DNA of 5,861 nucleotides from an uncultured archaeon (GTDB lineage Archaea; Iainarchaeota; Iainarchaeia; Iainarchaeales; 0-14-0-20-30-16): NCBI GenBank assembly GCA_964480435.1, contig CAYZSS010000008.1, positions 24,655 to 30,515 of the forward strand, read 5' to 3'. Shown piece by piece: positions 1 to 5,500 of this stretch (position 1 is its first letter; each line of letters starts with the position of its first letter). The notes under the pieces were generated by a model. It saw only the letters and a program-made list of their open reading frames with translations, ran no database searches and was not told where the DNA came from. The position numbers and the translations under genes were made by a program.

Positions 1-84
1 GGCACTGTCTGCCAAAAACTTCGCTTAAGTATAATTCAGCTTTTCTTAAAGCTATACAAAAGCCCTTATTTCTGACAATAACTT

Positions 85-115
85 AAAAAATAAGAAATAG
101 AACAAATAAGTTCTA
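85..115 (-). terminator. Hairpin plus T-tract directly after the rpl40e stop codon
   Basis: On the minus strand, the stop TAG (118..116) is followed immediately by TAGAAC-UUAUUU-GUUCUA (6-bp stem, 115..98). This is followed by UUUCUUAUUUUUU, with the T6 run at 90..85. Oligo-T tracts are known archaeal termination signals. Confidence 0.45.
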
Positions 116-271
116 CTATTTCTTTCTTTGTTTTCTTTTTTGTCTAATTTGAGTTAAACCGCATTTTCTACATTTTGCTGGTTTTTTAGCACTTCTTAAG
201 GTAGCATTACAATTCATGCACACCCATTTGTCCTTTAAATATCTACTTTCTGCAATTGGATTCATTACCAT
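116..271 (-). CDS. rpl40e: 50S ribosomal protein L40e (51 aa), missing from the supplied ORF track
   Basis: Manual translation from ATG (271..269) to TAG (118..116) gives MVMNPIAESRYLKDKWVCMNCNATLRSAKKPAKCRKCGLTQIRQKRKQRKK. It has the CxxC-x12-CxxC zinc-ribbon and basic tail of archaeal L40e; as I recall, the Methanocaldococcus L40e is similar (...KKICMKCNARN...KCRKCGY...). AGGAG lies at 285..281, 9 nt upstream of the ATG. Confidence 0.8.
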   Translation of the reverse strand: MVMNPIAESRYLKDKWVCMNCNATLRSAKKPAKCRKCGLTQIRQKRKQRKK

Positions 272-317
272 TTTTAACAACTCCTTTAAAAATAAAGTTA
301 AGATTAATACATTTCTC

Positions 318-335
318 TTATAAAATATATTTAAA
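318..335 (-). promoter_or_regulatory. Candidate archaeal TATA region for rpl40e
   Basis: The minus strand reads TTTAAATATATTTTATAA in the 72-nt scpA-rpl40e spacer. The TTTTATAA element (325..318) is centred about 50 nt upstream of the ATG. That predicts a TSS near 295 and a roughly 24-nt leader containing the AGGAG. The background is AT-rich, so this call is weak. Confidence 0.3.
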
Positions 336-343
336 CATATCTA

Positions 344-1009
344 TTATACTTCTACTTTTTTTATTTTAAAATCAGAATATAACCCTTTTTGAGAAATCAC
401 AGCCTTATTGTCTTTATGTATAAACAATAAAGAATAAAATACATCAATAGGGCTTGTTTCTTCAAATTTGCCCTTAAACTGCGAGAAGCACTCTTCCTTA
501 TCTATTTTTCCTAGTTCCTGCTCAACATATTCCAAAATTGTTTTGAAGTCCTTAGGTGGCTTTTTTAGCTCAACATAGTGTATCTTTTTAGGATATCGCT
601 TTCTCTCTTTCTTTGAAAACATATTTAAGGAATCTATAAACTTATCCAACTTAGTTTCTTCAGCATTGACTGCCTCAAAGTTTTCTACTTGTTTTTCTTC
701 TTTAAGTTCTTCTTCAATCTCTTTTGCAAGTTCAAAAAATGAAACTAGTTTATTTGCTTTATGTTTAAGCAAAATAGAGCAAATTAGCACAGCATTAAGT
801 GGCACTTCAAAATTACTTATTTTCAGAAATTCTATCTCTTTAATATATTTCTCAGCAATCAGAGAAACATCTATTTCCCATAAATCAATTTTATTTTTTC
901 TTATTATATCTAAAAGCACAGACCTCCAAATAGGGCTTGATGCCATCTCAAAGAAGTCTTCCAAAGTAGTCTGCATTCTTATCACTCTTTTTCTAACATC
1001 CATTTCCAA
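344..1009 (-). CDS. scpA: Segregation and condensation protein A (ScpA, SMC-complex kleisin), archaeal type
   Basis: The N-terminal kleisin motif is WRSVLLDIIRKNKIDLWEIDVSLIAEKYIKEI...PLNAVLICSILLKHKANKL. The C-terminal winged-helix-like tail is IDVFYSLLFIHKDNKAVISQKGLYSDFKI. The track start at 1009 is a TTG. In-frame ATGs at 1003 and 976 are alternative starts. The ATG at 976 sits 5 nt after the upstream stop and is preceded by GAGTGAT. Confidence 0.8.
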   Translation of the reverse strand: MEMDVRKRVIRMQTTLEDFFEMASSPIWRSVLLDIIRKNKIDLWEIDVSLIAEKYIKEIEFLKISNFEVPLNAVLICSILLKHKANKLVSFFELAKEIEEELKEEKQVENFEAVNAEETKLDKFIDSLNMFSKKERKRYPKKIHYVELKKPPKDFKTILEYVEQELGKIDKEECFSQFKGKFEETSPIDVFYSLLFIHKDNKAVISQKGLYSDFKIKKVEV

Positions 1010-2271
1010 GCTGGAATCACTTTTATCTTCTTTCCATTTTTTTCAAATTCTTCTTCCTGATTATTTGTTATTATATATCCTTTTTTAAGATTATAATAAT
1101 CTAATGCCTCTATTAGTCCTTGTATTTCCCTTTCTTTATTACTTTCATTTAACTCACAGGTCACTTGTAAAGCCAGCAGCCCATCAGCTTTTTTTACAAT
1201 AAAGTCACATTCTTTTTTATCTTTATAATAATTTATTTCTTCACCAGTCCTTAACAAAGAATTAAATATTAGGTTTTCTAATTTAAGCCCTGCATCTTTT
1301 TCAAAGACAAATAAAGAAACATACCCATTATCTACAAAATAATATTTCTTCAAATAAGTTTTTGATTTAATAGATTTTTTTTGTGATTCCAGCCCAAATA
1401 GAAAAAATGAATCTTCCAGATATCTAACAAAACGATATATTTCTCTTTGATCTATTTTGTAATCTATTGACTTAAAAAAATTATAATAACTTCCAATTGT
1501 TGCCTCATTAGTTATATTTTCTTTTAATTTCTTAACTAAGAGTTCTAAAGCGTTATTATCAGAAACGTTCCATCTCTTAACAATGTCGCCCAAAGCCAAA
1601 TCAAAATATGTTCTTAAAATCTGTTTTTTTATTTCTTTGTCCTGATTTGCTACTTCAGGAAATCCCCCATAATCTAAATATTCATTAAAAGCCGAAAATA
1701 TTTTGTTATTATTTATTATTATATCTAGTTTAGTATAAGAAATATTTTTCAATTCAAGAAATTCATTAAATGAAAATGGATACACTTTCAAAACAATATA
1801 CCTTGCTCCAAGATTTAATGCAATTTCTTTACTTATCATCTTTGAATTAGAGCCCGTAATATACACAAGGTAACCCAAATCAGCAAGCGTTCTAACATAT
1901 TTGTACCATAAATCAATATTCTGTATTTCATCAAACATAATTACTGGTTTTTTGGTAGGATGTATGGAATGATATGCTTTTAAAATTTCATCAAAATTCT
2001 TATAGGTAAAACCTTTAAGTCCAAGATTTTCAAAATTTACATATAAAAAGTCATCAGAAGAATATTTTTTCTTTTGTATCAAATAATCCCTTATTTGGTA
2101 TAACAAATAACTCTTTCCTGCTCTTCTCGGCCCAATAATAGCCGTACATTTTCCAGATTTAAAATAAGGTTCAAAAAAAGACCTAAAGACATATTTCGGC
2201 TTTAATTCCCAAAAACCAGCAATAGCTTGTACTAACACATTTTCAAACATAATATCTATTTCTTTAGGCAA
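982..2271 (-). CDS. AAA+ ATPase of the AAA_14 / DUF4143 family (ATP-binding protein of unknown function)
   Basis: Walker A is GPRRAGKS and Walker B-like is VIMFDEIQ. The C-terminal region is KECDFIVKK...LQVTCEL...REIQGLIEAL...GYIIT...IKVIPAWKWML, typical of DUF4143 proteins. The track start at 2271 is a TTG. The first ATG, at 2250 (MFENVLVQ...), lies about 26 nt downstream of a TATA box and is the more likely start. Confidence 0.85.
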   Translation of the reverse strand: MPKEIDIMFENVLVQAIAGFWELKPKYVFRSFFEPYFKSGKCTAIIGPRRAGKSYLLYQIRDYLIQKKKYSSDDFLYVNFENLGLKGFTYKNFDEILKAYHSIHPTKKPVIMFDEIQNIDLWYKYVRTLADLGYLVYITGSNSKMISKEIALNLGARYIVLKVYPFSFNEFLELKNISYTKLDIIINNNKIFSAFNEYLDYGGFPEVANQDKEIKKQILRTYFDLALGDIVKRWNVSDNNALELLVKKLKENITNEATIGSYYNFFKSIDYKIDQREIYRFVRYLEDSFFLFGLESQKKSIKSKTYLKKYYFVDNGYVSLFVFEKDAGLKLENLIFNSLLRTGEEINYYKDKKECDFIVKKADGLLALQVTCELNESNKEREIQGLIEALDYYNLKKGYIITNNQEEEFEKNGKKIKVIPAWKWMLEKE

Positions 2272-2272
2272 G

Positions 2273-2280
2273 TTTATAAA
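2273..2280 (-). promoter_or_regulatory. Archaeal TATA box (TTTATAAA) for the ATPase-scpA unit, implying a leaderless mRNA
   Basis: TTTATAAA is palindromic and is preceded on the minus strand by the A-rich CCATAAA, which is BRE-like. Its centre is about 26 nt upstream of the ATG at 2250, the canonical archaeal TATA-to-TSS distance. There is no SD motif between the TATA box and the ATG. Confidence 0.45.
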
Positions 2281-2331
2281 TTTATGGCATTTTTTGTCAC
2301 AATTATTTGGTTTTTATGGCATTTTTTGTCA
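2281..2331. repeat. Two perfect 19-nt direct repeats, TTTATGGCATTTTTTGTCA, with a 32-nt period
   Basis: The copies at 2281..2299 and 2313..2331 are identical, and the flanking bases differ. The first copy directly abuts the TATA box. Confidence 0.9.
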
Positions 2332-2424
2332 TAAAAAGTGTTTTGTTCTACGGGAGTATATATGGGTTGCGACTATACCCGCAGTCCCAAAAGGGAAAAC
2401 TCAAAAATATTGTCTACTTATGAT

Positions 2425-2480
2425 GTTTCAGTACACTGAAACAAAAGAGGGCGTATTTATCAAGTACACTGAAACAAAAG
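2425..2480. repeat. Two perfect 18-nt direct repeats, AGTACACTGAAACAAAAG, with a 33-nt period; the first is embedded in an 18-nt palindrome
   Basis: The copies are at 2430..2447 and 2463..2480. The palindrome GTTTCAGT-AC-ACTGAAAC spans 2425..2442, with 8-nt arms. The second copy lacks the left arm. Confidence 0.9.
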
Positions 2481-2523
2481 CCATAGTCACTGCAAATCTT
2501 GCTACAAAAATTAGTTTTTAAAG

Positions 2524-2560
2524 ATAAAAATAAAAAAAAGAGGTGATTTTATCACCCTCT
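2524..2560 (-). terminator. Intrinsic-type terminator of the giant ORF (hairpin plus T8)
   Basis: The minus-strand RNA reads AGAGGGUGAU-AAA-AUCACCUCU, a 9-bp stem with one bulged G (2560..2539). It is followed by UUUUUUUUAUUUUUAU. The hairpin starts 5 nt after the stop TAG (2568..2566). Confidence 0.7.
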
Positions 2561-2565
2561 GTGAG

Positions 2566-5500
2566 CTATTTCATTGTATCAAATACTGTTGCTGGGTTCC
2601 ACCAGAACTCTACTCCAGCTCCACCTTCAGGATTTGTTATACACATATAGTTGCTATCAACTAAATCGTATATTTGCTTAACTGTGCCAATATCCTTATT
2701 TAAAGGCATCAAAGTAAATTCTGTTCCTGCGTTTGAAGGGCTCAGGATTTTCATAGTATCACTCCATGAAATAAGCTTAAACTTTGCACTTTCTTTTGGA
2801 GGTAAATAAACCAGCCCTCTAAAGAATACTGTTGTAGTATCCACAGTAAGTAGCAAGCTCTCCTCATCCCAGTGCAAACCATATGCATTAGCCTTATATT
2901 CCCCCAAAGGAACATCAACTTTTGTTCCTATAGTATCAGGCATTCCTTGAAGATCTACAATATCTTCTCCAGATAATCCTTTACAAGAGAATTCATCATC
3001 AGATCCTTTTGTTCTAGGAGCGTACTTATCTTTATCATCACTACAGTACCCGTACCAATTAATTAAATTATTTCCTGCATTTACTGGCCCCTTTAGATCT
3101 CTTGAAATCATATAGAAACCATATGCATCTCCATCAGAGTTCTTATCTATATACATTGCTATTGGAGCAGGTACAGAAGGATAATAACTAATATTTTTCA
3201 ATACAGTATCTGCTTGGGTTCCCGCAGAAGCTATTCTTAATACCATTCCTTTATTTAAATTCAAAGTTTCCATATCCTGTTTTACTTCTATTATTACCTT
3301 AACTTGCGGATTGGATTTCTGTGTTAAAGTTGGTATTAAAACAGGGTTGTTTCCTGCATCTACATTAAACCACAATGTGTCCCCCTCAAATGCAATACCA
3401 TAACCCTCTCTCTTTAGTTCTCCATTTTCTACTCCAACTGTTGCATCTAACGGTAAGTAGTATAGAGGATTATTAGTAGTTTGAATAGGTTCCATATATA
3501 CTTTTATAGAATCTACTGTGTCTTTTACTTTTCCTTTATTATCAAATATAGTCCAAATCTTATTTGTACCAGTATACTTTATTACAATTTCTACTTTGTA
3601 TAACCCTGCTTTTGGTAAAGAGTAACCTGATGCAGTTAAAGCAGATTCTTTAGGAAGGAACTCTATTTTATCTGGTAATAAATCAGATAATATAGCCTCC
3701 ACATCTGTTTTTGTATTCATAAATGTTTGATTCAAAGCATATTCTTTGAAATCGCTTAGGAAGTCTTTTGTAAATCCATCCTTCATCATATAAGCTTGGA
3801 AGTTCAAAGTTTCGGAAATACCTTTTACATCAGCACCTGCTGCTAATCCCCATTCAATTAATTTATCAGTTGATTTTTCTAATCCCAATATTGCAGAGTC
3901 ATCATATGCAAATGCACTGCTTGTGTATGGAGTCACATAATTAAATGGTAAATCTCCTTGCTTTACATTATTAAATTGAACTTCTATTTTGTATGTGCTT
4001 TGATATAAAGTAACAAGTTCGTCAATTGATATTTCACTTGTACTTCCATTTTTTGATGTCAATTCAAATGATCCGTTAAGCACATTCATATCTTTTGTTT
4101 GCTGTGTATCAATTATTGTTATTACATAATTTCCGTTTACATCAGCCAGAGAGTTATTCTGCAAAACAACTTTCAGAGCATAAACTCCATTTGTACCAGG
4201 CCCTATATTCTTAAGGCTAACTTCACTTACTCCAATATATTCAGGAGTTATATCTTTTGTTTCAGTGAATAAAGTGTTGTTATTTGCTACATTTGGCTTA
4301 AATGACCCTAAACTATTATTTGCTGATTTCAATCTGTCAATTATTTCAATCATCAACTGTGTAGAATCACAATAAATTCCATTGCTACAAAGGTAGTCGG
4401 AACTACTTTTCCAGTCCCAGTCAAATGATACTTTTGGTTCCGCTGCCGGTCCTGTTGCCCCTGTTTTTCCGTTAGCTAAGAAACAGTTCTCCACGGGTAT
4501 ATTGTAATTCTTTTCTTGATCTTTTACATCAGTAAATAACATACTCATTGGAGCATATTCAGTTACAATTATATCCTCATCTTTTAGTGCTTCTGCTAGT
4601 TTTTCTCTATCTTTCTTTTCTACTTTTCCTTGATCTGTAGCAGATGCATAACTCATACTATCTGAGCTTGCTTGCAACCCAATTACACTTGTTGAAGAAG
4701 GCATACCATAACTATCTGCCCCGCTATAACCAGTCTGCATGCCAAACGCACTAGATCCTGATTGTGTTTGTCCATTTAGAAGAGAGTTAGATTGAGTAGT
4801 CCAACCTGCTTGATCATAGCTTTCACTTGCAGTTAGGTTCTGCAAATCCTTTCTATCATATGCCAACAACAAACTTAGGTTTTCTAATTTGTTATCCATT
4901 GTTCCTTTTTCAAATCCAATTGGATACATCTCAATTGCTTGATCTCCAATTCCTTTTACTAATTTATTAGTACTATCAAACACAGTAGTTACTGATCCTA
5001 CTTGTCCCGCTAAGTTACCTGTTTGCATTCCACCAATAATTTTCTTTTGTGATTCTGCAGTTACTATTGGAACACTACCAGGATTCATAACAATATAATC
5101 CTCTATAGTTGTTGGAACAGTTCTAGTGATTTTCTTTATTACATCCCCGTCATTAGATGCAATTCCAATTAGGTTACCGATTGCACCACCAATTGCACCA
5201 CCTAGCATTGCGCTAGTAGGGCCACCAAGAGCACCAAAAAATCCACCTACTCCACCAAGTATTCCAGACCATTTTGCTGTGTCTCCTTGGGTTTCAGGAT
5301 CCATTCCAATTAGGCTTCCTATTAGATAGCTTGCTCCTACAGAGCCTGCAGCAGCACCTATTCCAGAGCCTACCATATCTGTTACTCCTACTACCTTACA
5401 TTTTTTGCCTGTACAAATCCCTTTTGCACAGTCTGCATTTGCTTCACATACCCCACCTTCAGGTATTGTTCCTTTATTAGTTTCTACTTTAGCAGTACAT

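Noticed and set aside
1-86. Possible 3' end of a convergent plus-strand gene (open frames ending at TGA 73..75 or TAA 84..86), and a hairpin AGCTTT-TCTT-AAAGCT at 38..53
   Set aside because: Only 24-28 codons are visible, no recognisable motif is present, and two frames are equally open. The minus frame that is open to the edge has no start codon. This is insufficient evidence to call any feature.
666-1088. Track ORF of 140 aa on the plus strand
   Set aside because: It is entirely antisense to the well-supported scpA and ATPase coding regions. It is a Ser/Leu/Phe/Ile-rich low-complexity translation with no motif, typical of the opposite strand of an AT-rich gene.
2285-2299. TGGCA-N-TTGTCA resemblance to a sigma-54 -24/-12 promoter
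   Set aside because: The GC of the -12 element is missing (TGTCA rather than TTGCA) and the spacing is off. The organism is archaeal (L40e, TATA promoters), so it has no sigma-54.
2420-2472. Possible archaeal C/D-box sRNA on the plus strand (AUGAUGU ... CUGA ... CUGA, about 53 nt)
   Set aside because: The C box is imperfect (UGAUGU). The C-to-D' spacer is 9 nt rather than about 12 nt. No C' box is recognisable between the two CUGA motifs, and there is no convincing terminal stem.
2425-2480. Possible mini-CRISPR array (the repeat has GTTTCA...GAAAC-like ends)
   Set aside because: There are only two copies, the repeat is 18 nt, and the spacer is only 15 nt (33-nt period). These fall far outside CRISPR repeat and spacer dimensions. 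There are no cas genes in the window.
2428-2484. Minus-strand micro-ORF MAFVSVYLINTPSFVSVY (18 aa) spanning the 18-nt repeats
   Set aside because: It is too short, has no SD, and its FVSVY duplication is again a by-product of the DNA repeat. It cannot be supported from sequence alone.
2294-2521. Track ORF of 75 aa on the plus strand in the spacer
   Set aside because: It has a TTG start with no SD or correctly placed TATA. T5 and T6 runs (2311..2315 and 2322..2327) lie just after the start and would act as archaeal terminators on the plus strand. The repeated YTETK peptide is simply the translation of the 18-nt DNA repeat. The hairpin at 2539..2560 has no T-tract on the plus side.
5126-5480. 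Two overlapping plus-strand track ORFs (67 aa and 68 aa)
   Set aside because: They are antisense to the glycine-zipper and Cys-rich part of the giant ORF. Their Pro/Ile/Leu-rich sequences are the reverse complement of Gly/Ala codon runs. No independent signals support them.
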